Shown here: one piece after another, positions 9,346 to 19,593 of the stretch
Numbering within the stretch: position 1 is the first letter of the stretch
Layout of the letters: the number at the start of each line of letters is the position of its first letter
Source of the DNA: a virus
IMG/VR virus record: IMGVR_UViG_3300046333_000120
Direction: 5' to 3' (one strand)
Length of the DNA: 64,000 bases
Notes under the pieces: generated by a model
What the model saw: the letters and a program-made list of their open reading frames with translations, nothing else
What the model was told of the DNA's origin: nothing
Database searches by the model: none
Program-made: the position numbers and the translations under genes

Positions 9346-9729
9346 ATGAAAGTATCAAATATTAAATGTAATGGAATTGGACCAACTGCACTTGCAAAAG
9401 CATCAATGCCAACTATCCAAACTGCAGTGTCTTTGTTTAGAATGAGGTATACTAATGATGAAATATTAGAAAAAATGCCAATAAATCATAATTATTATTT
9501 TGGCACTCGTTTTAATGATAACAATGCTATTACTATTAGAATTTGCAGTGCGTTAGTTAGCGAATCAAAAATAGAATTAAGAAGTGCTGATCCAGATCTA
9601 ATCGAAGGATATATTAAAACATTTATAGACTCATTAAAAGGATCTGAAATGGATGAATTAATAATAGATGGTATGCGAGATTGTGCGGGAGCAGATCATT
9701 GGTATACATTTGAAAAAGAATGGGAGTAA
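9346..9729 (+). CDS. Hypothetical protein
   Basis: ORF, tightly packed. Confidence 0.7.
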   Translation: MKVSNIKCNGIGPTALAKASMPTIQTAVSLFRMRYTNDEILEKMPINHNYYFGTRFNDNNAITIRICSALVSESKIELRSADPDLIEGYIKTFIDSLKGSEMDELIIDGMRDCAGADHWYTFEKEWE

Positions 9730-9734
9730 TATAG

Positions 9735-9965
9735 ATGTTATCATTTCAAGAAAGAAAGGAAAGAATTATTAATACGTCACATATTGTATTAATTGATGAC
9801 TCTGCTGTGCATATTGTTGACTCAGTTGAACAAATAGGTTCAATCATATTTGTTAATGTAGGTAATGGCCTTTTATTTCAAGATACTATGGTATTAACAC
9901 TAGAAGAAGCAGGCATAGCTTCTAAAATAATTTTAAACATTAAAAAATATTTAGATATAAAATAG
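9735..9965 (+). CDS. Hypothetical protein
   Basis: ORF, tightly packed. Confidence 0.6.
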   Translation: MLSFQERKERIINTSHIVLIDDSAVHIVDSVEQIGSIIFVNVGNGLLFQDTMVLTLEEAGIASKIILNIKKYLDIK

Positions 9966-9966
9966 T

Positions 9967-10887
9967 ATGGGAGCAAATTATGGTTACTGTTGTATCAATT
10001 TAACATTGGACAAACAAAAGGGAATTAAGATAGGTAGAAGTATGATTAAAAAAACCTTTCAAGCAAAGGGTATTAAATATGCAGGTGAGTTGGCCGAAGC
10101 CAACCTCAGGGATATGATTGAAATTCTTAAATGGAATAATGCAAATGGAATTACAATGTACCGTATGTCCTCTAGTATGTTTCCATGGAATTCAGAATAT
10201 GACATTGAAGAATTACCTAACTATAATACAATCAAATCCTTATTGAAAACTGCAGGTAATTATGCAACTAAGGTGGGTCAAAGACTTACATTCCATCCAG
10301 GTCCTTTCAATATTCTTGCAAGTCCAACACCAAAGGTTGTTAACGATGCAATATGGGAATTAACCCAACATGGAAAGGTATTGGATTTAATGGGCTTACC
10401 AAGAACTCATTATGCTGCAATGAATATCCACGTAGGTGGAACTTATGGAGATAAGGAATCTGCAATTTCTAGATTTGCAGAAAATTTTAAACTACTTCCG
10501 GAATGTGCAAGTTCAAGACTTGTTTTGGAAAATGACGATAAACCAAGTCAGTATGGTGTAAGAGATCTTTACGAGATTTATAAACTATGTGGAACTCCAA
10601 TTACATTTGACTTCTTTCACCATTTTTGTTACGAGGATTCTATGCCAGAAAAGGAAGCATTAGAATTATGTGCTAATACATGGCCAAATGACATTAGACA
10701 ATTATGTCACTATTCATCTTCTAAGAAACTACACGAGGATAACACAGTAATCCTAAGAGCACATGCAGATTATCTATATGAATTTATTGAAACCTATGGA
10801 ATGGACTTAGATATTGAAATAGAGGCCAAGGCAAAGGAACTTGCTCTTATTAAGTACCATAAAGAATTTTCAATGATATATAGTTAA
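9967..10887 (+). CDS. uvsE: UV-damage endonuclease UvsE/UVDE
   Basis: GYCCIN, YRMSS, FHPGPF, NIHVGG, LENDDK, FDFFHH, HYSSS, AHAD, IEAKAKE. Confidence 0.92.
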   Translation: MGANYGYCCINLTLDKQKGIKIGRSMIKKTFQAKGIKYAGELAEANLRDMIEILKWNNANGITMYRMSSSMFPWNSEYDIEELPNYNTIKSLLKTAGNYATKVGQRLTFHPGPFNILASPTPKVVNDAIWELTQHGKVLDLMGLPRTHYAAMNIHVGGTYGDKESAISRFAENFKLLPECASSRLVLENDDKPSQYGVRDLYEIYKLCGTPITFDFFHHFCYEDSMPEKEALELCANTWPNDIRQLCHYSSSKKLHEDNTVILRAHADYLYEFIETYGMDLDIEIEAKAKELALIKYHKEFSMIYS

Positions 10888-11411
10888 TGAATATATTTGA
10901 ATCAGAAGATACGTATAATGATTATCCAGTAGCTGCAAAGACCAATGCAAAAAAGGCGATTGAATGGAAAGAAAAGTATGGTAGAGATGAGGTAACTGCT
11001 GGAACTGCAGTTGGTTGGACTCGAGCACATCAATTAGCAAATGGAGAAAATCTATCAGCAGAAACAGTTGCTCGAATGTCATCATTTAATAGACATAGAA
11101 AAAATTCTAAAATTGCAACCGAATTTAAAAATGAACCATGGAAAGATAATGGATATGTTGCATGGTTAATTTGGGGTGGAGATGAAGGCATTGATTGGGC
11201 CATGGATAAAATGAAACAAATAAAAAAAGAAAGCAAATCTACAATGAAACATGTTAAATTATTTGAAGAGTTTTTAGAAGAAAAGAAAGGCCTATGGGAC
11301 AATGTATGGGCTAAAAGAAAAAGAGGTGAAGCTCCTGCAAAACCAGGAGATGAAGATTATCCAGACGAGGATGCATGGGATAGTGCACAGGGTAAAAAGA
11401 AATCTGAATAA
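10887..11411 (+). CDS. Two-module putative virion protein with internal MKHVKLFEEF leader
   Basis: N-module ends VAWLIWGGDEG. In-frame internal ATG 11244 starts MKHVKLFEEFLEE. Confidence 0.65.
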   Translation: MNIFESEDTYNDYPVAAKTNAKKAIEWKEKYGRDEVTAGTAVGWTRAHQLANGENLSAETVARMSSFNRHRKNSKIATEFKNEPWKDNGYVAWLIWGGDEGIDWAMDKMKQIKKESKSTMKHVKLFEEFLEEKKGLWDNVWAKRKRGEAPAKPGDEDYPDEDAWDSAQGKKKSE

Positions 11412-11869
11412 TGAAGTACATTAAGTTATTCGAAGAATTTTCAATCAATCAAATAACATGTGATACCTGTAAATGGAAATGGAGACTTGAAGATGGCGGA
11501 GATGATATGTATATTTGCCATAAATGCGGACATAATAACACGCCAATTCTTGGAGAATCATATATTCTTAAAGAACTTGAACCTAAATTCAATGTTATAT
11601 TAGATTTATATGATAATGGTAAATTCTTAGAATTAACTAGAATTGTTATTCCTAAAGAGGATAGAGGAAATGGAGTAGGTTCTGAGGTTATGGATAAAAT
11701 CAATGAGTATGCAGATCAAAAGGGTCTTAAAATATATTTGACTCCATCTAAAGATTTTGGTGCAACTTCAACCTCACGATTAGAAAAGTTTTACAAACAA
11801 CATGGGTTTATAAAGAATATTGATAAAAGCGAAACACGAAACACAATGGTACGTTTTCCTAGGAAATGA
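11411..11869 (+). CDS. GNAT acetyltransferase with leader peptide and Zn-ribbon
   Basis: MKYIKLFEEF leader, CDTC..CHKC, RGNGVGS acetyl-CoA motif, FYKQHGF. Confidence 0.8.
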   Translation: MKYIKLFEEFSINQITCDTCKWKWRLEDGGDDMYICHKCGHNNTPILGESYILKELEPKFNVILDLYDNGKFLELTRIVIPKEDRGNGVGSEVMDKINEYADQKGLKIYLTPSKDFGATSTSRLEKFYKQHGFIKNIDKSETRNTMVRFPRK

Positions 11870-12183
11870 AAACAAAGATAGATCAGTCACATATAGATGA
11901 CTTTATTGCTAGTTTCAAAAAATTTATTAGTGCATTAAAAAATGAAGGCGTTGAAACACAAAATGCATTTAAATTATTATACAGTCATGTATTGTCTAAG
12001 AAAAAAATGAGTAATACTGAAAAGGATTTAGTAGGAAACCAAATGCGTAATGTTTTAAAAACAATAGGACTTACTGCTATTGCAATTATGCCAGGAGGTG
12101 TTATTGTTGCTATATTAATAAAAGCTCTTAAACTTCAAAAACATATACTTCCATCTAGTTTTGAATATATGAATAAAAACTAA
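11866..12183 (+). CDS. LETM1-like domain protein
   Basis: Q..NVLKTIGLTAIAIMPGG..hydrophobic..LPSSF resembles the LETM1-related C-terminal domain of flavobacterial proteins. Confidence 0.5.
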   Translation: MKTKIDQSHIDDFIASFKKFISALKNEGVETQNAFKLLYSHVLSKKKMSNTEKDLVGNQMRNVLKTIGLTAIAIMPGGVIVAILIKALKLQKHILPSSFEYMNKN

Positions 12184-12224
12184 GATATATAAATTTGAAA
12201 TAATCATATAAAAAAAAAATCAAT

Positions 12225-12701
12225 ATGGCAAATATTAAATCATTTGAAGCCTTTGTTAACGAAATGGACAGAGCAGAGGAAATAGAAACTAAATTAAATG
12301 CAGTTGGAGAACCTGATGAAAAGGATGTAGAAGAAACTGAAGAAGAAGCTGAAGAAGTCCAAGAAGCTGAAGGAGTTACTCCAATTGGAATTAAAGAACC
12401 TGATGCAAACAAACAAAAGCTTCCAGTATATGCAATGCTAGAAAAATGTTATGAAGAAGTTATCGATGAAGCCAAAGTATGGGAATCTGATGCGCATGAC
12501 GATCATACGATAGAAACATATATGGCTGAAAATTCTGCATTAGTTGCAAAAATGGCAGTAGAAGCACTTACTGAAATGAAAGGTGATATGCAAACTGAAG
12601 CATTTGAAGCATGTTTAAATAAAATGTCAGAGGCTTATGCTAAAAAAATAAATGAGTGTAAAGACACTAAGGATGCAATAGATGCAGAGGATGTAGCATA
12701 A
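12225..12701 (+). CDS. Acidic putative internal head protein
   Basis: MANIKSFEAFVNE leader; Glu-rich; GATATATAA upstream. Confidence 0.6.
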   Translation: MANIKSFEAFVNEMDRAEEIETKLNAVGEPDEKDVEETEEEAEEVQEAEGVTPIGIKEPDANKQKLPVYAMLEKCYEEVIDEAKVWESDAHDDHTIETYMAENSALVAKMAVEALTEMKGDMQTEAFEACLNKMSEAYAKKINECKDTKDAIDAEDVA

Positions 12702-12709
12702 CACAAAAT

Positions 12710-12761
12710 TAAACTAAATAAAATGTCTATATATAATACTAAACATATATAGACTTTTTTT
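12710..12761 (+). promoter_or_regulatory. TAAAC-N17-TATAAT promoter overlapping terminator-like hairpin
   Basis: Promoter 12710-12737; GTCTATATAT/ATATATAGAC stem 12725-12754 followed by a T-run. Confidence 0.55.
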
Positions 12762-13283
12762 ATGCCTAAAATTCCGATTGAAATTATATACATGCAAGTT
12801 GCATATCAATTTGCAAAACTTAGTTATGCTAGTCGCCGAAAGGTTGGATGCGTTATCGTAAAGGAGAATCAAGTTATATCCTTTGGATATAATGGTACCC
12901 CTAAAGGATTTAATAATGACTGTGAGGAGATTAATATAGAAACCCAGTATTATGAAAATCCAGATGCTGCAATTATATTAGAGGAAGATTATGGGTTTTC
13001 ATGCAGCAATGGGTGTTGTACCAAAGAAACACAAATCACAAAGAGAGAAGTATTACACGCCGAATCAAACGCAATAATGAAAGTTGCAAAATCAACAATG
13101 AATTGTGATGGAGCTACGTTATATACAACCACATGCCCATGCTTCGATTGCGCAAAGTTAATTATACAGGCAGGAATTAGTAAAGTGTATTACACTGAAG
13201 ATTATAGAGATATGAGTGGTGTTGAATTATTACATACTGCAAATATTATTGTTGAACAAGTAAATGCATGGAATGAGTTTTAA
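12762..13283 (+). CDS. dCMP deaminase
   Basis: VGCVI, GYNG, HAESNA, PCFDC Zn-binding motifs. Confidence 0.92.
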   Translation: MPKIPIEIIYMQVAYQFAKLSYASRRKVGCVIVKENQVISFGYNGTPKGFNNDCEEINIETQYYENPDAAIILEEDYGFSCSNGCCTKETQITKREVLHAESNAIMKVAKSTMNCDGATLYTTTCPCFDCAKLIIQAGISKVYYTEDYRDMSGVELLHTANIIVEQVNAWNEF

Positions 13284-13476
13284 TAAACTAATAGTACCTG
13301 AAATTGAAGTACTTACAACTTTCTTAAAGGAAAATGGAAGCACTTTATTTTATATGAAATATGTAAAAAAAATAGATGTAATGATGGGAGACTGCGATGG
13401 AATTGATTTTATAGAAGATTTCGAAAATAAGTACTATGATACAGAAGATGATACAGAATTTCATTCATTGGATTAA
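13273..13476 (+). CDS. Hypothetical protein
   Basis: ORF track 13264..13476. Confidence 0.6.
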   Translation: MSFNKLIVPEIEVLTTFLKENGSTLFYMKYVKKIDVMMGDCDGIDFIEDFENKYYDTEDDTEFHSLD

Positions 13477-13504
13477 TAAACAATTTTATAAAAAGGAATA
13501 TAAT
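13477..13504 (+). promoter_or_regulatory. Putative promoter TAAAC-N17-TATAAT
   Basis: Recurrent motif directly after the upstream stop; implies the next gene starts at 13523. Confidence 0.55.
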
Positions 13505-13522
13505 TATGAAAATACACAAATA

Positions 13523-14047
13523 ATGGAAGTAGTGAAAGAAGCAGTTAAAAAATATCAATGGAAAAAAGGTGAAAACTTTGGGAAAGTTGTCGAAGTCTTA
13601 GAACAAGATGATAAATTTACAAAATTTACAGATGGTTCTCAGATATTTAATAATGTTATTAATGAATTTTTAGAAGAAGTAATTGGAGATAAATTACCAT
13701 TTCCAGGTGCAGATTCATTAAATATGTTAGCGATGGGTGAAATACAACCTAATGTTAAAAAAATTACAACTAAAACAAAACAAGAACCTATTATAGAAAT
13801 TTCTCCACTAGAAGAATTAGTTGGTAAACTTTCTAAAAAGAATATTGAACCATTAGAGACGGTTATTAATTTAAATATACCTAATAGGCAAATATTTAAT
13901 ATGTTAATTGAATCAGCGGATGAGGATAGAGATAATTTAATTGAAACAATTGCTAAAGTAGCTGTCTCACAAATAGAGATAAATAAATTGCAAGAATATT
14001 TAAAAGAAGAAGTAACAACATTTATTAATAAGTACTATAATGAGTAA
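13523..14047 (+). CDS. Hypothetical protein
   Basis: ORF track 13436..14047; start re-assigned to ATG 13523. Confidence 0.65.
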   Translation: MEVVKEAVKKYQWKKGENFGKVVEVLEQDDKFTKFTDGSQIFNNVINEFLEEVIGDKLPFPGADSLNMLAMGEIQPNVKKITTKTKQEPIIEISPLEELVGKLSKKNIEPLETVINLNIPNRQIFNMLIESADEDRDNLIETIAKVAVSQIEINKLQEYLKEEVTTFINKYYNE

Positions 14048-14432
14048 AGGAACATCACCGTCGAGAAAACAAACAAGGTCCCAATTTGGATCAATGGGTT
14101 ATTTAAAAGTTAAAAATATGTTTGGCAGATTTTCTGAAGAAGGGCAGGCCTGGTATGATAAAATGGCTGAAAATGGAAAAGCAGTCCATGACGCAAATAC
14201 TAATAGAACATTAGATAATATCGAAAACCAATTACAAACTAAACTAAATTCTGTAAAAGAAGTATGGATTGAAATGGGGCACAATGATTCAGAAATCAAA
14301 TTATTAGAAGAGGCATATTTATTGACAAATATTAAAAATAAAGAAACTCTTAAACAAGATAAAAAGGAAGTCAAAAGACTTATAAAAGAAGCCAAAGAAT
14401 CTTTAAATTCTAGATTAGATGCAAACAGTTAA
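14040..14432 (+). CDS. Hypothetical protein
   Basis: ORF in operon. Confidence 0.7.
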   Translation: MSKGTSPSRKQTRSQFGSMGYLKVKNMFGRFSEEGQAWYDKMAENGKAVHDANTNRTLDNIENQLQTKLNSVKEVWIEMGHNDSEIKLLEEAYLLTNIKNKETLKQDKKEVKRLIKEAKESLNSRLDANS

Positions 14433-14724
14433 AATAACATTAGCGGACAATGGGGTTATTAAAACCGTATTAGATGATAATATTAATTCTGCTGGAGAAA
14501 GTTTCGAATCAACTACGATTTATGATTTTGATAATAAGGAAAGTAAAATTAAATTTATCAACGAATTATGTGTTGACATTGGATTATCCTTTGGAAATTC
14601 AAAGAATAAAAAACAAATAAAAATTATCGAAGATTGGGGAGTTGATTATATACCCAGTGATTCCGAGAAATTAGAAAAAATAGATAGACTTAAAATTCAA
14701 TTAAAGAAATTAAGTGTATCATAA
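14419..14724 (+). CDS. Hypothetical protein
   Basis: ORF in operon. Confidence 0.7.
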   Translation: MQTVKITLADNGVIKTVLDDNINSAGESFESTTIYDFDNKESKIKFINELCVDIGLSFGNSKNKKQIKIIEDWGVDYIPSDSEKLEKIDRLKIQLKKLSVS

Positions 14725-14733
14725 CAATAATTA

Positions 14734-15138
14734 ATGAATAATTTAACAATTGAGTGTGTATGGTGTCCATCAAGACGTGAATTTAATAAGTTTATAAAAG
14801 AAATAGATAAAGTGTCAACTAAGGTAATTGACTATGCATCTATTAAAAGTAAACTTATTAAAGCAGATCCTTATGGACAAGAACCAAGTGACTCAGTTAT
14901 TGGATTAACCATAGTAAACGAAATTACGCGACATGTTCATGCATCAAATATGAATGTTAATCGCGTAATTTACTTATTTAAGAATCTTGAATATGATGTT
15001 GCTATTAATTTTACAAATTTAATAGAATCAAAATCAGAAAGAGAAACAACAATCATATTAACTGTTATACATAATAATGTAAAGGTAGATACTCGACTAA
15101 ACGATTTATTTCATCAAGTTAATATTATTAAAACATGA
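14734..15138 (+). CDS. Hypothetical protein
   Basis: ORF in operon. Confidence 0.7.
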   Translation: MNNLTIECVWCPSRREFNKFIKEIDKVSTKVIDYASIKSKLIKADPYGQEPSDSVIGLTIVNEITRHVHASNMNVNRVIYLFKNLEYDVAINFTNLIESKSERETTIILTVIHNNVKVDTRLNDLFHQVNIIKT

Positions 15139-15722
15139 TTAGACATAAGCTTTTCTCAAAGGGGGAATCAATCCATGTTCTTATTTCCAATAATAGATAT
15201 AACAATATAGTATTTCCAGTAAAGGCAATTATCCATGACGTAGAGTTTAATGATAAAATGCCAAGATATCAAATTCGAATCACAAAATTTTATGATGAAT
15301 TAGATTTCTTAAAACGATATATGTTTGATATGAAATTTGATAGAAACTTTAATGGTGTTTTAACATCATTTAGAATATCTAGACAAAAATTTTCAAATGT
15401 AAAGGATTTTCAGAATTATATAGATTCTAAATGGGAAACATATCTTGTTGTTGTAGATTCTGTGATGTGTGTTAGAACATACAATGAAATAAATGAATTA
15501 TATAATAATATACAGGATTTCTTTATTGAAAAAACAATAAAAGATTTATATGAACTTTCTACTCGAAACACTTATTCGAATGGTTCATATTATTACGGTA
15601 GTAAAGGTATATTCGAGGCGCATATCAAGAAATTCCTAGGAGATAGGGCAGGTGCATCCAAAGATTATTTTGAAAAATTACTGTTTAGACCTAGGACTAT
15701 TGATCTGGATAATCTAGAGTAA
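15135..15722 (+). CDS. Hypothetical protein
   Basis: ORF, ATGA overlap. Confidence 0.7.
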   Translation: MIRHKLFSKGESIHVLISNNRYNNIVFPVKAIIHDVEFNDKMPRYQIRITKFYDELDFLKRYMFDMKFDRNFNGVLTSFRISRQKFSNVKDFQNYIDSKWETYLVVVDSVMCVRTYNEINELYNNIQDFFIEKTIKDLYELSTRNTYSNGSYYYGSKGIFEAHIKKFLGDRAGASKDYFEKLLFRPRTIDLDNLE

Positions 15723-15767
15723 CTTTGGTTTAATAGATATATAATAAAATAAATATATCTAATAAAA

Positions 15768-17567
15768 ATGTCAGATACAACCAAGGGTTATTATGATAAA
15801 ATAAAGGAATCTATTTCCAATAAATCTAAAGAGGGATTTGAATATGCAAATAAATCAAGTTTAGGTAAAGGATTTATAAGTGCAATCAAAAGTGTAACAG
15901 GATATGATCCTTTAGGAACTGATGGCGCTAATCCAAATGGTGTGCATACTGGTGTTAGGAGAGGTGGTATTAGAATTAAAAGTAATGGTACACCTGATCA
16001 AACTAAAAATCGTGCTAAATCATCGGATGAACCATTTACAATAATATCTTCATCAAACTCTAAATACTATACTAAAGAATACGATTCTGAGAAATATAAA
16101 TCTACACAAGCAGGTAGTGAAGGTAAAGTCATTACAGTAGGCCCTAGACCATATTCTATTTTTAATAGCTATTCATTAGTTAATTATAGAGGTAATCCAT
16201 TGGATCTTAGTGTTAATGGATATGAAGCTGCAAGTGGAAAATATTCTAAGATAGATCCTTTAAGTTTAATTAATCCAACCGCCTCTAAGATTATAGAAAT
16301 GACAGGAAAGATTAAAGGCAACCTGGGATATAGATATAATTATTCTGATTTTGCACTAACTAAATATTTTGGAAAAATTCCAAATAATATGCTTATAACT
16401 TTAAGAAGGTTTGCATATCCATGTGCTGATGACATTATTACACCTAAGGCGTTATCTGCAGATGGTAAAACTATGGAAGCAATTGGACAACCCGATATTG
16501 CCAGAGCAGTAACCTGGTTAGGAGAAGCTCCTGGAAATTCAATGGGAGATATATTAAAGTTTAATCATGGATTTGGATGGAATGACGCAGAAGCTCAAGT
16601 TCAAACATTACAATCTAAAAAAGGAGCAGCAAGCGGAAGCTTTGGGAATATAGTTAATAGTAATAAATTTTTATCTGCTGCTGCAAACGCAGCAGCAGGA
16701 AAGGATGCTGTTTCTGCGAATGCAACTAAACAAAATGCAGGATATGACGCATTTTCAGATACGTATCCTAATCATGTTTTTGGTCCATTGAATGTTATTA
16801 AAAATACACTGGTAAGAGAACAAGGACTTAAATTTTCTCAGGAATTTACTCTTAAATTTGAATACGAACTTAAAAGTTTTGAAGGAGTTAATCCAAAGGT
16901 AATGATGTTAGATCAGCTATCAAATATTCTTGCGCTTACGTATAACAATGCACCATTTTGGGGAGGAAGTGTTAGATATATTAGTGATGGATCTGTTGCT
17001 AAACCATTGGGTGATTTAGCAAAACTTAGATCTGGTGACTATGGAGGGTTCATGGGATCCATTATTTCTGATATGGGAAATTTATTTAAAGGTGTTGCAA
17101 ACCCTGATAATTGGAAAAATTTAGCAAACAATAAACTATTAAATAATTTAATTGGTGGAAGTTTAATGGAAATGTTTAATACACCACAAGGAGGTCAAGC
17201 AGCGGCGGCCCTTTTAACAGGAGATCCTACTGGGCAATGGCATGTTACCGTTGGAAATCCATTAAATCCCATAATGGTTGTAGGTAATTTGGCAATGACA
17301 GATTGTGAAATTAATTTTGAAGGAGCTACTGCTCTTCAAGATTTTCCAGAAAAAATGGTAGTAGTTATTAAATTAAAACCAGCAAGACCTAGGGACAAGG
17401 CTGAAATTGAATCGATGTTTAATGCAGGTAGAGGAAGATTCTATGTTCAACCTGACGATGTGGCAGACATTAATGATACAGTGGATGTTAGTGCATACGG
17501 AAATAAAGATGGCAAAAGAACTGCTAGCGAATTTGTGAATGTATTTAGAAAAATAAGTAATGGATAA
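15768..17567 (+). CDS. Putative baseplate/tail-tube-associated structural protein
   Basis: First gene of the baseplate cluster; GATATATAA upstream; Gly/Ala-rich. Confidence 0.5.
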   Translation: MSDTTKGYYDKIKESISNKSKEGFEYANKSSLGKGFISAIKSVTGYDPLGTDGANPNGVHTGVRRGGIRIKSNGTPDQTKNRAKSSDEPFTIISSSNSKYYTKEYDSEKYKSTQAGSEGKVITVGPRPYSIFNSYSLVNYRGNPLDLSVNGYEAASGKYSKIDPLSLINPTASKIIEMTGKIKGNLGYRYNYSDFALTKYFGKIPNNMLITLRRFAYPCADDIITPKALSADGKTMEAIGQPDIARAVTWLGEAPGNSMGDILKFNHGFGWNDAEAQVQTLQSKKGAASGSFGNIVNSNKFLSAAANAAAGKDAVSANATKQNAGYDAFSDTYPNHVFGPLNVIKNTLVREQGLKFSQEFTLKFEYELKSFEGVNPKVMMLDQLSNILALTYNNAPFWGGSVRYISDGSVAKPLGDLAKLRSGDYGGFMGSIISDMGNLFKGVANPDNWKNLANNKLLNNLIGGSLMEMFNTPQGGQAAAALLTGDPTGQWHVTVGNPLNPIMVVGNLAMTDCEINFEGATALQDFPEKMVVVIKLKPARPRDKAEIESMFNAGRGRFYVQPDDVADINDTVDVSAYGNKDGKRTASEFVNVFRKISNG

Positions 17568-18076
17568 TGAAATTTAGCACATTAGAACTAAAACCATTTT
17601 CAATAGATGGAAGTAAAATAATATTAACAACACCTACTGTTGTTTTTGCAGGCGATACTAATATAATTGCAGAACATATTATAACAGAGGATCAGATAAG
17701 TAGAATGGATTTAATATCTTTAAAGTATTATACCGATGCTAACTATGTTGATTTTATTTTAAAATGGAATAATATATCAAATCCTTTTATATTGAATATA
17801 GGGGATGTGATTGAAATTCCATATCATAAATCTGTTTTGAAAACTGTTATTCCAGTTAAAATATTACAAACATCTACTGAAAGTGCATTTAATGCTTCTA
17901 TTCGTAATCAATTCATTGACACTAAAAGATTACCTATTAAAGACGTTAAAAGAATTGAATATTTACAAAGAAAGGCAGCTCAAAAGACAAATGGATCTAA
18001 ACAAATATTACCACCTAATATATTAAAAGAAGGTGAAAATCATATATCAATCGGGAACGGTACAATAATTATTTAA
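17567..18076 (+). CDS. Baseplate wedge gp53-like / LysM-type protein
   Basis: RMDLISLKYY..ILKWNNISNPF.LNIGDVIEIP. Confidence 0.7.
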   Translation: MKFSTLELKPFSIDGSKIILTTPTVVFAGDTNIIAEHIITEDQISRMDLISLKYYTDANYVDFILKWNNISNPFILNIGDVIEIPYHKSVLKTVIPVKILQTSTESAFNASIRNQFIDTKRLPIKDVKRIEYLQRKAAQKTNGSKQILPPNILKEGENHISIGNGTIII

Positions 18077-18079
18077 TAA

Positions 18080-19555
18080 ATGGCATCAATAGACAATCAT
18101 ATATTAACGATAACAGAACCTACTATTAAATTAGATAAAATTGAATTTGCATCGATGGGCGAAGGCGAAGGAAATGATAACGCTAATTTATCTAAAGGTC
18201 TAAATTTGGTTATATCAATTAATAGATATATGTTTAATATGGAAAATATTAAAAGTATGTTAGTTGATTGTATGGGAATTTTACCTACAATAGATTTAGT
18301 ACTTATAGATACTAATGGACAGTTTAGCGTTGATACATTTCCACGTGATGGTGATGTAATAAATCTTAGAATAGGTTCACTTGACAAAAAAACATACAAG
18401 GATATTAGAATGGATTTCGATATTGTAAATGTTGAAACTCCACAACAAGGAGCTGATGTAAAGGGTGGTAAGTATATTTTTACAGGAAGACTTAAAGTGC
18501 CTGGTTTATACTCAGAGGATTGTAAATCGTATGGGAAAGGAACCTCATTAGACCATATAGAATCCATTGCAAACGATTTAAAATTAGGGGTGGCAACTAA
18601 TATCGATTCCGCCGATGATGAGATGAATCTAGTAATACCATTTAATTCAATGTATGATACACTAGAAGATCTTGTAAGGCACTCTTACATCGATGAAGAT
18701 AGTTTTCAAGCGTTTTGTATAGATCAATATTATTATGTTAATTATGTTAATTTAAATAAATTATTTGATTCTGAAGAAACATTGGAGGATGCTATTTTAG
18801 CATATGGTCCAGATTTTACAGATATGCCATCTGCAAATATTAAAGATGATGCCATAAATCAAGCTAAATTACCTCTTGTTTTTTCAAATCATATGAGAGA
18901 TCAAGGTACTAATAGATTTATATCTTCGCAATCCCTTAAAAATAGATCAGGCGCATCTGCAAAAAAGAATGGTTATAAAAGAGTTTTACAATATTATGAA
19001 AATGATTCTGAAGAGGGATTAGTTTCACACTATATTGAACCTCTTGCTAGTAAAAATATGAAAGATATCGATGAACCTATGAAAGGTAGGAGAGATGAGG
19101 ATCGATATAAAAATGAGATTAAATATAAGTATGTTGGAAGAAAATCAGGAGACCCTGAAACTTCAAATGTGCATCTTAACTATGAATATGCTGCGATTGC
19201 TAACGCACAAAATATTGATGAGGTTAAAAAAATGTCATTAGATATAGAATTACCAACGTTTAATCCGGCAATACACAAATATCATAAAATCCCTGTATTT
19301 ATTTATAATAATGATAATGATAGAATGTTAGCTGGAAAACAAATAAATGACGCAAAAGATAAAGGAGGATTTGATACAACAAAGATTGTCGATTCAAATA
19401 TAGGAAATCCGGCAGTTTACGTCATTGATGAATTTTTAAGTGGATATTACATAGTAGGAGGAATTCAATATATCTATAAGGCGGGTAACGCATCAGTTTC
19501 ACAAAAGGTAAATTTACTTAGAAGAGAGTGGCCAAGTAGAATAAATAATATTTAG
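18080..19555 (+). CDS. Putative baseplate hub (gp27-like)
   Basis: Position between LysM and gp5; C-terminal LSGYYIV..I.Y motif typical of hub proteins. Confidence 0.5.
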   Translation: MASIDNHILTITEPTIKLDKIEFASMGEGEGNDNANLSKGLNLVISINRYMFNMENIKSMLVDCMGILPTIDLVLIDTNGQFSVDTFPRDGDVINLRIGSLDKKTYKDIRMDFDIVNVETPQQGADVKGGKYIFTGRLKVPGLYSEDCKSYGKGTSLDHIESIANDLKLGVATNIDSADDEMNLVIPFNSMYDTLEDLVRHSYIDEDSFQAFCIDQYYYVNYVNLNKLFDSEETLEDAILAYGPDFTDMPSANIKDDAINQAKLPLVFSNHMRDQGTNRFISSQSLKNRSGASAKKNGYKRVLQYYENDSEEGLVSHYIEPLASKNMKDIDEPMKGRRDEDRYKNEIKYKYVGRKSGDPETSNVHLNYEYAAIANAQNIDEVKKMSLDIELPTFNPAIHKYHKIPVFIYNNDNDRMLAGKQINDAKDKGGFDTTKIVDSNIGNPAVYVIDEFLSGYYIVGGIQYIYKAGNASVSQKVNLLRREWPSRINNI

Positions 19556-19593
19556 CAATTTTGCGCACCATAATAAAAAACAATATATAATGT

